A stretch of DNA of 64,000 nucleotides from Opitutales bacterium (GTDB lineage Bacteria; Verrucomicrobiota; Verrucomicrobiia; Opitutales; PNEW01): the NCBI GenBank assembly GCA_965197745.1, contig CBDANS010000006.1, forward strand, positions 128,001-192,000, read 5' to 3'. Numbering within the stretch: the first letter of the stretch is position 1; the number at the start of each line of letters is the position of its first letter. Position numbers and translations under genes: made by a program. Of this stretch, positions 21,098 through 30,869 are shown one piece after another. The notes below the pieces were generated by a model. The model saw nothing but the letters and a program-made list of their open reading frames with translations, searched no databases and was not told the DNA's origin.

Positions 21098-22936
21098 ATG
21101 AAGCAGTCGATTGCTGCAAAAGCAAATCTGGACCAGCTGAAGAAGCAGGCCAAAACGCTGATCAAAGCGTTTAATTCGAATGACACCGAGGCGGCCGCAC
21201 GCCTCGCGGCGACACATCCCCGCTTAACCGGCCTGGATGTAACGGAAGTTCTGAAACAGAAGCTCGCCCTTAATGACGCACAATGGGTTATCGCCCGTGA
21301 GCATGGATTCAAAGATTGGACGGAACTCAAACATGAAAAACTCCGAGCTGAGTACTTTGAAGCCGCTCATCGTGGTGATACCGCACTACTCCGGAAACAG
21401 ATTAAATGCTGGCCGGATTTGATCCAAAAAAAGATGGAAAACGGGCTCAGTGCTCTTCATCTATCCATTGTCTCCGGCCATGCCGACGCTGTTCGGTTCT
21501 TACTCGAATGCGGAGCAAATCCAACAAACGGGTATGGGTATGGTCAAGGAACGCGTTCAACAACTCCGCTGCAACTGGCTAGAGATGCTGAACATGCAGA
21601 AGTAATTACTGTTATTGAAGACTAGCTGAAACACAGGGTTGAGGCCACGACGTTGGAGACACCGTTGATTACGGCCGTTGAAAATAAAGACTTCGAAACC
21701 GTCAGGAAGTTGCTGACCGAGCATCCTGAGAGTGTCAATGAAATCAACGAACGAGGTGGAACTGCTCTCATCCGGGCTTCGCATCTTAACGATCTGGAAT
21801 GTGTGCAACTGTTGCTCGATAAAGGAGCGGACGCCGCGTATCTTTCACCCAATCCGGTGGCCGCCGATTTTTTGCGCAACGGCCACGCCGCTATCCATCG
21901 GGTGGTCCATCACCGATGTCAGGATCAGGAGAAAAGTAGGACGATTCTACGCATGCATCTCGATCATGGAGCGCCCTATGACCATGAAATCGCTGTATGG
22001 ATGGGCGACCTCGACACCGTCATTGAAAAGACCGGGAATAACAATAAGCGAAAGGATGAAGCGCTCATTGCCGCGGCGTAAGTGGGTGAACTGCCCATCA
22101 TTCGCTGGCTCCTGGATCACGGAGTGGATCCCAACACTCCGCGGGACATCGATATTGGCGATTCGATCTTTCACGAGGAAGCAGCAGCTGTCTGGGAAGC
22201 AGCGGCCCAAGGTCACATTGAAGTGGTTCGCGAACTGCTTGCTCGCGGAGCAAAGCCTAACGAGGTCCTCTACGCAAGCGGCTGGCCGGTAACAATCGCA
22301 GATACATACGGGCATACCGACGTCAAAGAGCTGCTTATCGCGCACGGGGCGCCGCCTCCGATTGATTGGTATGAAGATTCGTTGGAGGATATAAAGAACA
22401 AGCTACCCATGCAGATGGAAAAACTCCATGAAGATTGGGCCATGCCTATCGCTGGCCGCACCGGCCGCGTTGATCTGGTCGAATACCTGCTGAGTCTTGA
22501 TCCCCGGATCGATGACGAGATGTGGACAAAGTGTCTGCAATATACCTTGTACGCTATATCTCCGAATAGTCCACAAATACTCAGTTTGCTTATCGACCAC
22601 AGGGCGAATCCAAACGCAATTAACGAACAGGGCGAGTCCGTTCTGCATTACTTATGTATGCACCATTCTCGCGAGAATCCAGCCAAAGTTGAGAACGCCC
22701 GTATGTTGGTCGAAAAAGGCGCTAAAATCAACGTCCTCGATCATGTTAAGAAGTCGACACCACTCGGCTACGCCACCCGTGAAGGCGAATACGATTTGGC
22801 CAGGGTATTCCTTGAACTGGGTGCCGATCCTAACCTCGGTGGTGAAGATTGGGCGCACCCGTTACGCTGGGCAGAGAAAAAAGGCCATAAGAAGATCGCT
22901 GAACTATTAAAGGCACACGGTGCCATTATTGAGTAA
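21098..22936 (+). pseudogene. LKKQAK/AREHGF N-terminal domain + ankyrin repeats, with in-frame TAG (21623) and TAA (22079)
   Basis: Three ORFs in one frame. ANLDQLKKQAK...LNDAQWVIAREHGFKDW followed by multiple TPL/GADPN ankyrin motifs. Confidence 0.85.
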
Positions 22937-22956
22937 TCATAAGGGTGATCTGAAAA

Positions 22957-23015
22957 GGGTCGGGCGATGCAAACTGGCATATATTTAAAAAATACCAGTT
23001 TGCAGAACCCGACCC
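22957..23015. repeat. GGGTCRG...CYGACCC palindrome, copy 2
   Basis: Same family as 19218-19278, with a compensatory change in the arms. Confidence 0.85.
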
Positions 23016-23040
23016 TTTTTGATTTCTTCGAGTAAAAGAT

Positions 23041-23436
23041 ATGAAAAATCTCAAAGCAATTATGCCGTTCTTCGTCGTTGAGAACGTTTCAGAAACTATT
23101 GAATTCTATACCGGCAAGCTGGGATTCAACATATCTTTTCAACAGACACTTGATGGAGATGATACACCATCATTTTGCATTCTTAATCGTGATGAGATCT
23201 CAATTATATTTAAGCGTATCGGAATGGGGATTACAGCTACACCCAACTCGATGAACCACGAGTGGGCCAGGTGGGATGCCTACATTGTAACTGAAGATCC
23301 GGACGCACTTTTCGAAGAATTAAAGGATAAAGGAGTGAATTTTCATCGTGAATTGGAAAACACCGAAGATGGGTTAAGGGCTTTTGAAGTTCGAGACAAC
23401 AACGGATATGTATTATGTTTCGCGCGATTGCTCTAG
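23041..23436 (+). CDS. VOC (glyoxalase/bleomycin resistance) protein
   Basis: PFFVVENV...FYTGKLGF...GLRAFEVRDNNGYVLCF. Confidence 0.85.
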   Translation: MKNLKAIMPFFVVENVSETIEFYTGKLGFNISFQQTLDGDDTPSFCILNRDEISIIFKRIGMGITATPNSMNHEWARWDAYIVTEDPDALFEELKDKGVNFHRELENTEDGLRAFEVRDNNGYVLCFARLL

Positions 23437-23689
23437 TATGAATATCTCGGTTAATTACCGCGTTACCTGTTTGATGTATGACATTATAAGAATCGAGAAA
23501 TCGAAACGGGTCTACGCGAGATAATCTGAATAACGCGTTTATAAAATCTATTGCTCCGATCGTTTAATAGCGCATTATTCAAAATCGGTTGTGCACCTAC
23601 TCACAATACTTTATTGGTACGCGAGACTGGTTGGAGATCATTCGAAAAGTAAGAATTGTTGAAATGACTTCAAAAAACCCACCCTATTA

Positions 23690-24709
23690 ATGAGCTTGCG
23701 AGTGAGTATAGATGAGGTGCTCGCATATCGTTACCGAGCTAACCATCTCGATAAACGACTAAAAGCTGGTTCAGAACCTTTCGCTGCACGTGCGGGGTTG
23801 CAAGACAGTGGACCTCGTGCTGGTGTAATATCCCTGCATGCCCGTGTTAATGGTGTCACAGCCTCTTTATGGGAACAGCCAGACATGGCTCAGGTATGGG
23901 GTCCACGTGGTGCGATCTACATTGTGCCGCGCAATGATATAGCCGTCTTCACACTTGGTCAGCTGCCTCGGGATTCTGGTTCTCTAAAGTTGATAGAAAA
24001 AGCGGTTGCTTCGATTAAAAAAATATTAGCTGGCCGCACCCTACGAAAATCTGAGGTGCTTTCCAGATTTCGTTCTCTGAATCTTGGTGTAGACTTTTTA
24101 CCAGCCGGAAAAACTGGATCTATCCTTCCTCGCTGGGATGCTCGTGATACTCTTATACGCGCTGTCGATGCACCTGACGCAGATATTGAAGAGTGTAGAA
24201 TCGAATTGGCCCGCCGGTTTTTTCATTATTTAGGTCCATCCACATTGAAGGGTCTCAAGCAGTGGGCAGGTATTTCGCGAGAGGATGCCCAGATGACATT
24301 CTCATCTTTATCCAACGAACTGTTGAACATAGAAGTTGACGGGCACAAAGCGTGGTGTCTTGAGTCGGATGTGGACGATCTCAACAAACCACGTGCTAAA
24401 AGAGGGGTTAGATTACTTCCTGCGGATGATCCGTATTTAAATTACCGGACTGCAAAAGAATTTCTTGTGCCTGAACATAAATTTCAATTGCAGCTTTGGC
24501 CGAAAGCTCCTCCTCCTGGAGCTTTGCTTGTCGATGGTATTATCTCGGGCATATGGAGAAGGAATCAATGGCATTTTGTCTTTAAACCGTGGAGAAAAAA
24601 AATTTCTAATAACGTAGCTGACGCCGTAACCGAAGAAATATCTCGATTTCCACTTCAGGGAGATCCGACTAAGGCGAGAGTGGAGTGGTTATCACCATTG
24701 AAGAGGTGA
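23690..24709 (+). CDS. AlkZ/YcaQ-like DNA crosslink glycosylase family (HTH_42)
   Basis: GLQD, SLHARV, WGPRGAIY, RRFFHYLGP, VRLLPADDPY and LVDGIISGIW. Confidence 0.8.
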   Translation: MSLRVSIDEVLAYRYRANHLDKRLKAGSEPFAARAGLQDSGPRAGVISLHARVNGVTASLWEQPDMAQVWGPRGAIYIVPRNDIAVFTLGQLPRDSGSLKLIEKAVASIKKILAGRTLRKSEVLSRFRSLNLGVDFLPAGKTGSILPRWDARDTLIRAVDAPDADIEECRIELARRFFHYLGPSTLKGLKQWAGISREDAQMTFSSLSNELLNIEVDGHKAWCLESDVDDLNKPRAKRGVRLLPADDPYLNYRTAKEFLVPEHKFQLQLWPKAPPPGALLVDGIISGIWRRNQWHFVFKPWRKKISNNVADAVTEEISRFPLQGDPTKARVEWLSPLKR

Positions 24710-24772
24710 ATTGTTTAAAATATATTATAGAAAATAACCCTAATCCAATATTGTTAGAAGAAGGAGTTGATT

Positions 24773-25141
24773 ATGAAAATCACTGAATTCGCATTTGTAG
24801 GACATCCAGTAGAGAGTATGAAGCGTGCGCAGAAATTTTACGAAGAAGTGCTCCGACTTCCACCACCAAAAGTCCTCGGTAAAGGATGGTTTGAATACGA
24901 AATAGGCCCCTACACTCTCGCTATCACTACTGCGTGGTCTGATAATAAACCACCTGAACGACCAAGTTGTGGACTTGCTCTTGAAGTCGAAGACTTTGAC
25001 GAAGCTATCTAGCATATTAAGGACTGCGGTGTTAGCTTTGATATTGAACCTGCCGAGTACGAGTATTGTTATAGTGCGGTCATTACGGATCCCGATGGCA
25101 ATCAGTTCGGTATTCATAAGAGAAAACCAGGTAAATGTTAA
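24773..25141 (+). pseudogene. VOC family protein with an in-frame TAG at 25010-25012
   Basis: AAGGAG RBS. After the TAG the frame continues HIKDCGV...ITDPDGNQFGIHKRK. Confidence 0.85.
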
Positions 25142-25175
25142 ATCATCGCGATATAATAGGAGTCCGTTCAATAAC

Positions 25176-25203
25176 TTGACAAAGAACGGCATCCGGTTAA
25201 CCT
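25176..25203 (+). promoter_or_regulatory. sigma70-like promoter (TTGACA-N16-TAACCT)
   Basis: Near-identical to 20933-20960. Confidence 0.7.
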
Positions 25204-25214
25204 TTATGATAGTT

Positions 25215-25310
25215 GCTCAGAGGGAGCCTCCCAGTCCGCGGTAAGGGTTTAACCCACCTTTAGAAGAAGTCTATCAACCTTCTTTCTGCCTGCAACTGCG
25301 GACACCAGGC
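25215..25310 (+). ncRNA. candidate structured cis-regulatory RNA, copy 3
   Basis: P1 AGAGG/CCTTT, hairpin GGG-TTTAA-CCC, AGAAGAAG/CTTCTTTCT hairpin, and GCCTG/CAGGC hairpin whose loop CTGCGGAC pairs with GTCCGCGG at 25234. Confidence 0.75.
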
Positions 25311-25332
25311 GCAATAATAGAGAGGAGGTCGT

Positions 25333-26523
25333 ATGACCAGGAAGTTACCAGAGAAAGCCAATCTTGAGCATCTCAAGAAACAGGCAAAGCAGTTATTAAA
25401 AGACCACAAAGCAGGTGAGCAACAGGCCTGCAATCGTATCAGGGAATATCATCTCCGACTGTCCAAATTACCGGAAAAGGACATCCCCGGTGCTGAATTC
25501 TCCTTGCAAGATGCACAACTCACGGTCGCGCGCGAGTACGGTTTTTCCAGTTGGCCAAAAATGGTTTCCGCGATTAAATCGACTGATAAGCGGAAGCTAA
25601 TATTTAATGCTTCTAATCGTGGAGATCTCGATGAAGTCAAAAGACTGATTAAATCTTACAGCTTCGCGAAAGGGGAACTGGACGAAGCTTTATGTCGTGC
25701 CACATGTAATATGCGGGGTGATAAGGAGTCAGATTTTCGCGCTTGCGCGGATTACCTCATTGACCGTGGTGCAGACGTCAATGCTGAGAGTGAGGATAAC
25801 TACGGCCGTATTATTCTCGGATCGTGTGAATTCCTAAATCCTGTAGGACTGAAATACTTAATTGATCATGGGGCTATAGTGAATGTGCCTGAGCGCATAA
25901 CCAAGTACCCTGCTAATAATACGCCATTGAATATGGTGCTGGGTACATATTCTCGTAAACCAGCTGAGAAACACCGATGTCTCGACCTGCTCATAGAAGC
26001 CGGGGCCCACTACGAGGATGGCCCGGTTATGGATATCCACATGGGACGCGATGATAATCTTAAAGAACGACTGAATATGAATTCTCATTTGCTGCATGCT
26101 CAATTCGATCTCAATTACGGTAATTATCTAACGCTTTTCGGAGTGAGCTTATTACATATCGCAGCTGAGTATATTGAGAAAGCGTGTGTCGATGTCCTCC
26201 TTGATCATGGAGCGGATATAGATGAGAAAGCAATAATCGGAAAGAATGGCGTGGGTGGACAAACACCTATTTACCATGTAATCGGGGGCAACCAGGGTAA
26301 ATGCTACCCGTTGTTTGAACACCTGATGGAGAAGGGACCTGATCTAACCGTGAAAGCCTATATTCAAGGGAATGTCGTTATTAACCATGAAAAGGATCTT
26401 GCTTACGACGAGGTGCTGGAGCTGTCCCCTTTAGGCTATGCCCTGAGGTACGAGCACGAACCTACATGGCGTGAAGCATCTCGGGAAGCAGCGAAACTAC
26501 GTGAACTCGGCGCGCCGATGTAA
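25333..26523 (+). CDS. LKKQAK/AREYGF N-terminal domain + ankyrin repeats
   Basis: GGAGG RBS. LPEKANLEHLKKQAK...LQDAQLTVAREYGFSSW, followed by GADVNA, TPLN and SLLHIAAE motifs. Confidence 0.9.
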   Translation: MTRKLPEKANLEHLKKQAKQLLKDHKAGEQQACNRIREYHLRLSKLPEKDIPGAEFSLQDAQLTVAREYGFSSWPKMVSAIKSTDKRKLIFNASNRGDLDEVKRLIKSYSFAKGELDEALCRATCNMRGDKESDFRACADYLIDRGADVNAESEDNYGRIILGSCEFLNPVGLKYLIDHGAIVNVPERITKYPANNTPLNMVLGTYSRKPAEKHRCLDLLIEAGAHYEDGPVMDIHMGRDDNLKERLNMNSHLLHAQFDLNYGNYLTLFGVSLLHIAAEYIEKACVDVLLDHGADIDEKAIIGKNGVGGQTPIYHVIGGNQGKCYPLFEHLMEKGPDLTVKAYIQGNVVINHEKDLAYDEVLELSPLGYALRYEHEPTWREASREAAKLRELGAPM

Positions 26524-26617
26524 TCTTTTCGATAAGTTTAATTCTAATTCTAAGATTTATATTCACCTGACACCTTTTAATCTTGTCACTCTGTTACCGC
26601 CATGAGAAAGAACGAAA

Positions 26618-27769
26618 ATGAACACCGACCAGTCACCGACTAAGTCTTACCGCGCCACTGCCTTTGCCGACTCAAAGCCCGAGCTGGCGACGCCGGGAGC
26701 TACGCCGGAGCGGCTTGCCTACCTGGAGGAGCATGGTTTCGTCATCATCACCGACTTTGTCGACAACCCATGGATCCCCATTCTCCGCGATGCAGGGCGC
26801 CGCGTTACCGAGGCATGCTTGCCCGAGCATGGGTACAGCAAGATCGACTGTTCAAAAGGCTACGTGCACCGGACGGAACATCATGAGCCGTGGGCAATCC
26901 GGGGCATCATACATCCTGCCTTCGGAGAGCCCTGCTTTGCCGACTTCCTGGGCTCTGAAGATTTCCTCAGGTTCGCCCATTCCTGGTGTGACGGGCTCGA
27001 ACCGGCTGATATGGTAATGATTAACACCCTGCTGTGGTGTAATCCCCGTCAGCACGAGAATGGTCCCAGCTGGCACCGGGACGGGACGTGGTGGGGCGAC
27101 GGAAGACCCTATTTTTCGCAGGAGGCGGACCGGGGGGACACCCCTGAGGATTACTCCGAGGAAGTCGAAAAAGTCCGCTGGGAAGAAATCCGCGCCAATA
27201 ATAAAAAATCGATCACGGAGCGCAACAGCGTCACCATCTTCCTGGCGCTGGCCGACGACGAGTGCCACGAGCTGATACCGGGCAGCCACAATCGCTGGCG
27301 CACCCCGTTCGAGCACGACGTGCTCCTGCCGAAAACGATGAAAGACCAGGGGGTGCCATACACGCCCAGCTGGGACGGTGTCTCGCCGCTGCCCAGCCAG
27401 GTTGCTATCCGGCTCAAAGCGGGGGAAGCGTTCATCCGCATCGGGACGACGATCCACACCGGGCACACGGTGCCTGATCGCGAGCGCAACTCCTTGTTAG
27501 TCGGCTGGTCGAAGTGGTCGGGTCCGTCCAGTGTGAAGCCGGCGGTGGCAGATGCGCGCCACGCCTGGCAACTGGATCCAGCCGTGCGTGAAGCGCTGCC
27601 GCACGCGTGGATGAAGACAGCATGGGACCGCTGGGCGGAGACCCAGCAGCTGGGGAATACGCTTGAGGACCGGTATGCAGAGTATGACGTTGAGCGCATC
27701 AAAGCCGGCGAGGTGGTGGGTTGGCGCAGTGAGCTGGAGCAACAAGCCGCGGCAGCTGGCGAAACCTGA
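26618..27769 (+). CDS. PhyH-like Fe(II)/2OG dioxygenase
   Basis: LEEHGFVII, WHRD, LIPGSH and IHTG. Higher GC than the flanks. Confidence 0.75.
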   Translation: MNTDQSPTKSYRATAFADSKPELATPGATPERLAYLEEHGFVIITDFVDNPWIPILRDAGRRVTEACLPEHGYSKIDCSKGYVHRTEHHEPWAIRGIIHPAFGEPCFADFLGSEDFLRFAHSWCDGLEPADMVMINTLLWCNPRQHENGPSWHRDGTWWGDGRPYFSQEADRGDTPEDYSEEVEKVRWEEIRANNKKSITERNSVTIFLALADDECHELIPGSHNRWRTPFEHDVLLPKTMKDQGVPYTPSWDGVSPLPSQVAIRLKAGEAFIRIGTTIHTGHTVPDRERNSLLVGWSKWSGPSSVKPAVADARHAWQLDPAVREALPHAWMKTAWDRWAETQQLGNTLEDRYAEYDVERIKAGEVVGWRSELEQQAAAAGET

Positions 27770-28002
27770 GTGCCTGACTCTTTTGATCTCTTTATTCAGA
27801 GATAATTAATTCAGGACCTGCGAGTGGTTTGTATGTGGCCACACGAATTACTGTTCTTCTGAGATTCTCATTGATCTACCCAATCTGGATGATAACCGAT
27901 TTCCCAAAGATGATTATCAGGGTCGGCGAAAAAACCCGAGTAGCCGGCACAAAAACGAGAGCCAATTAATGCGCAATTAGTCTATAATAATTTATTTTTG
28001 AA

Positions 28003-29295
28003 ATGATGAATAAAGAAAGACTGATAAATAACAAGCGGGTGATTGTATTAGGTGCCGGGTTTGGTGGTTTAGAATTCTGCAAAAAATTTTCCTTTGAAGA
28101 TTCTGAGATCATTGTCATTGACAGGCAAAATCACCACCTTTTTCAACCGTTACTTTACCAGGTAGCGTCTGCGGGACTATCTGTTCCTGAGATTGCCCAA
28201 CCTGTTCGACAGATCCTTTCAGGGAGAAAGGACATATCAATTATCCTGGATGAAGTTGTAGAAATTGATTTAAATAACAGGAAGATTTGGCTTCAGGAGC
28301 GCGATAAAGAGCTTGATTACGATTACCTCATTATCGCGCTTGGTGCCAATACGACTTACTTTGGACATGACCACTGGGCGGCATTTGCGCCAGGGTTAAA
28401 GACGCTTGATGATGCGACGCGCATTCGTCACAGTGTGCTTCTAGCTTTTGAGAAGGCGGAATGCGCCAGTACGGATGCAATCCGTAATCGATTAATGACG
28501 ATTGTTGTCATTGGTGGAGGGCCGACAGGAGTGGAGCTGGCCGGTGCTTTCGCGGAACTCGTGCGCCATGTCCTCAGAAAGGACTTTCGCTATATCAATC
28601 CGGTGAAAGCAAAAATTATTCTTATAGAAGCGGCTCCCCGTATTTTATTAAATTTTCCCGAGAGACTTGCCACGAGAGGTAGAGAACAGCTTGAATCGCT
28701 TGGTGTTGAGATACGAACAGGAGCTAGAGTAATTGACATTGAAAAAGGAAAGGTGATTTTGGAAAACGAAGTCATCGAAGCTGAAAATATCATCTGGAGT
28801 GCTGGTGTTTGTGCCAACCCTATCACAAGTAATCTCAATGTTGAAAAAGATAACTCAGGGCAAATTAAGGTAAATGCTGATTTAAGTCTGCCTGGGTTTC
28901 CTGAAGTTTTTGCGGTGGGCGATATTGCGGCATTGGTAGATGCCAATGGCAGGCCTGTCCCGGGAGTTTCACCGGCTGCAATGCAAATGGCCAGACATGT
29001 GGCGAAAACGTTAAAGATTGAGCTGAAAGCGTCGGCAGGGCGTAGTCCATTGCGCGCGTCTTTTGCCTATCGGGATAAAGGCTCAATGGCAACAATAGGG
29101 CGTTCTGCAGCAGTGGCGAAGATAGGTCGTTTAGAGATTAGCGGACTATTGGCCTGGCTTTCCTGGCTAATTGTACACCTGATCTTTTTAATTGGATTTC
29201 GCAATAAATTAGCCGTTTTATTGCAGTGGTTTTATTCCTATGTTAATTATAAACGAGGTGCTCGTATTATCACCGGGTTAGATAAGAATAAATAA
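28003..29295 (+). CDS. ndh: type II NADH:quinone oxidoreductase
   Basis: GAGFGG, HLFQPLLYQVA, GGGPTGVELAG and YRDKGSMATIGR. Confidence 0.9.
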   Translation: MMNKERLINNKRVIVLGAGFGGLEFCKKFSFEDSEIIVIDRQNHHLFQPLLYQVASAGLSVPEIAQPVRQILSGRKDISIILDEVVEIDLNNRKIWLQERDKELDYDYLIIALGANTTYFGHDHWAAFAPGLKTLDDATRIRHSVLLAFEKAECASTDAIRNRLMTIVVIGGGPTGVELAGAFAELVRHVLRKDFRYINPVKAKIILIEAAPRILLNFPERLATRGREQLESLGVEIRTGARVIDIEKGKVILENEVIEAENIIWSAGVCANPITSNLNVEKDNSGQIKVNADLSLPGFPEVFAVGDIAALVDANGRPVPGVSPAAMQMARHVAKTLKIELKASAGRSPLRASFAYRDKGSMATIGRSAAVAKIGRLEISGLLAWLSWLIVHLIFLIGFRNKLAVLLQWFYSYVNYKRGARIITGLDKNK

Positions 29296-29341
29296 TTAGT
29301 GGAATGCCCCCTTTTTACTTCTTTCTTTTTTACTCCCTTTC

Positions 29342-29564
29342 TTGTCATTGCGAGGAGCGGCGCAACGAAGCAATCCAGGCGAAAATTCATTGTGTCTACA
29401 AATGCCAATCACATCTCAGATCTTTCCTATGATGGTTCGTCTAGCTGAACGTAAACAATGACATTTAAGGCATGGTGTTCACAATAGACATCCCCCTGGA
29501 ATGGAAGATGTCTCTGCGCTAGGTAGCTTCGAATCCCGCGTCTGCGGGATCCTCGCAATGACAA
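29342..29564. repeat. ~220 bp GTCATTGCGAG MITE, copy 2
   Basis: Homologous to 1601-1823, with perfect 14-bp terminal inverted repeats. Confidence 0.8.
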
Positions 29565-29699
29565 TAGGGCGAACCGCCGTCGTTCTGCTATCACAGAATA
29601 ATGGCCGCTGCCCCCTTTTCATCTTTCTCTGTCAAAGGAGCAGAAGTGCTGCTTGAATAAACGACCATTACATAAAATTTATTCTATTGTTATACAGCA

Positions 29700-30254
29700 T
29701 CAGTTGGAGTGTTCATCCCCATGTTGATTACCAGCTGGTATCGAATGTTGAATTCTGTTCGCATCAGACGACGTAGACACCAGCATAACTCCTATTACAA
29801 TGAGGGTGGCGCCAATCAGAAGACGTGTGATAAGGACCTCTTTCCATTCTGAAAATAACCACATGGCCAGCAGGGCCGTGATCAGACTGGCGGTAGCAGT
29901 TAAGGGACCAATTATTGAAATTGGAGTTTCAAACTTAACCATCGCTAATGACATTAGAGCTGTTGCGCTTGCCCATGACAAGCCGACACAAAATGCCAGC
30001 GTCGCAGACCCGGCGCTTATCGATTTTTCTTTGATTAGAACCAATAACAGGAACGCCACGAAAATCGCCCCTGCCCCGGCAAATAAGATTAAATGGTTCA
30101 GGCTTATCCCTTGCCGAGCGCTGGCTTTTAAGAATATCCCCCCGATACCAAATATAATAGCGGGTAGAAACCCACCGATGATTATCCCCATGTAATTTAA
30201 ATTCATATCTGTCCTCTCCATTTTTTTAGAACCCTGTATACTGATTAGATGCAT
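29700..30254 (-). CDS. small DMT/EamA-like membrane protein
   Basis: About 5 TM segments and the LFSEW motif. The real start may be downstream. Confidence 0.65.
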   Translation of the reverse strand: MHLISIQGSKKMERTDMNLNYMGIIIGGFLPAIIFGIGGIFLKASARQGISLNHLILFAGAGAIFVAFLLLVLIKEKSISAGSATLAFCVGLSWASATALMSLAMVKFETPISIIGPLTATASLITALLAMWLFSEWKEVLITRLLIGATLIVIGVMLVSTSSDANRIQHSIPAGNQHGDEHSN

Positions 30255-30359
30255 TAACTGCAGCAGACCTTTTGCAAGATAGTAACGCTGGCTATTTTAA
30301 CACAAGGCAATTAGACCAAGAGGTGTCCAGGCATACCCCAGCCCATCAAAACGCTCTCA

Positions 30360-30460
30360 ATTAAGGCATGGTGTTCGCAATAGACATCCCCCTGGATTGG
30401 AAGATGTCGTTGCGCTCGGCAGTCGCGTCTCCCGCAGTTGCGGGATCCTCGCAATGACAA
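30360..30460. repeat. right-half remnant of the GTCATTGCGAG MITE
   Basis: Matches about 29464-29564. Confidence 0.75.
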
Positions 30461-30494
30461 TAGGGTGAGACGGTATAAACTCATCACCATTTAC

Positions 30495-30520
30495 TTGGCG
30501 ATCTCCGCGTCTCTGCGGTG
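30495..30520 (+). repeat. 26-bp repeat TTGGCGATCTCCGCGTCTCTGCGGTG (also at 44137-44162)
   Basis: Exact second copy. Confidence 0.7.
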
Positions 30521-30570
30521 AATTTTGAATTTGAATTTCAAGGTCGCGCATAAAAATAGCCATCTACCTG

Positions 30571-30813
30571 TTGCCATTGAGTCTTTCAATGAGCAATTCA
30601 ATCTGTATATTGATCATAGTTATGCAGCTTTCGTGGCAGAAAAGAGCGTTGATCTTAACGGTCCTTTGGATACTCTGGTTCTTAAGGTTTGTTCCTGAAA
30701 ATATCGGAGCGTTCGCGACCTTTGGATTACTTCCACCGCTGATAATATGGGGAATGATCTGGATAATCAGGGGGCTTAAGAAGGAAAGACGAGAGACTGA
30801 CAATAAAGAATAA
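30571..30813 (+). CDS. small 2-TM membrane protein
   Basis: Two hydrophobic segments and a charged tail. Start is uncertain. Confidence 0.45.
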   Translation: MPLSLSMSNSICILIIVMQLSWQKRALILTVLWILWFLRFVPENIGAFATFGLLPPLIIWGMIWIIRGLKKERRETDNKE

Positions 30814-30869
30814 TAGCTTAATTGCTAATACCCTAGTCGCCTACCCCCTGCATCATAATTTCCTAACGG

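Noticed and set aside
3698..25012. Genome-wide TAG reassignment (code 15 or pyrrolysine)
   Set aside because: TAG ends many intact genes (249, 4132, 23436, 55341). Premature TAA and TGA stops and frameshifts also occur, and the inferred residues at the TAG sites differ.
26664..27745. Multiple long overlapping or antisense ORFs over GC-rich genes (also at 6651-7441 and 50649-52428)
   Set aside because: Shadow ORFs expected from high-GC codon usage.
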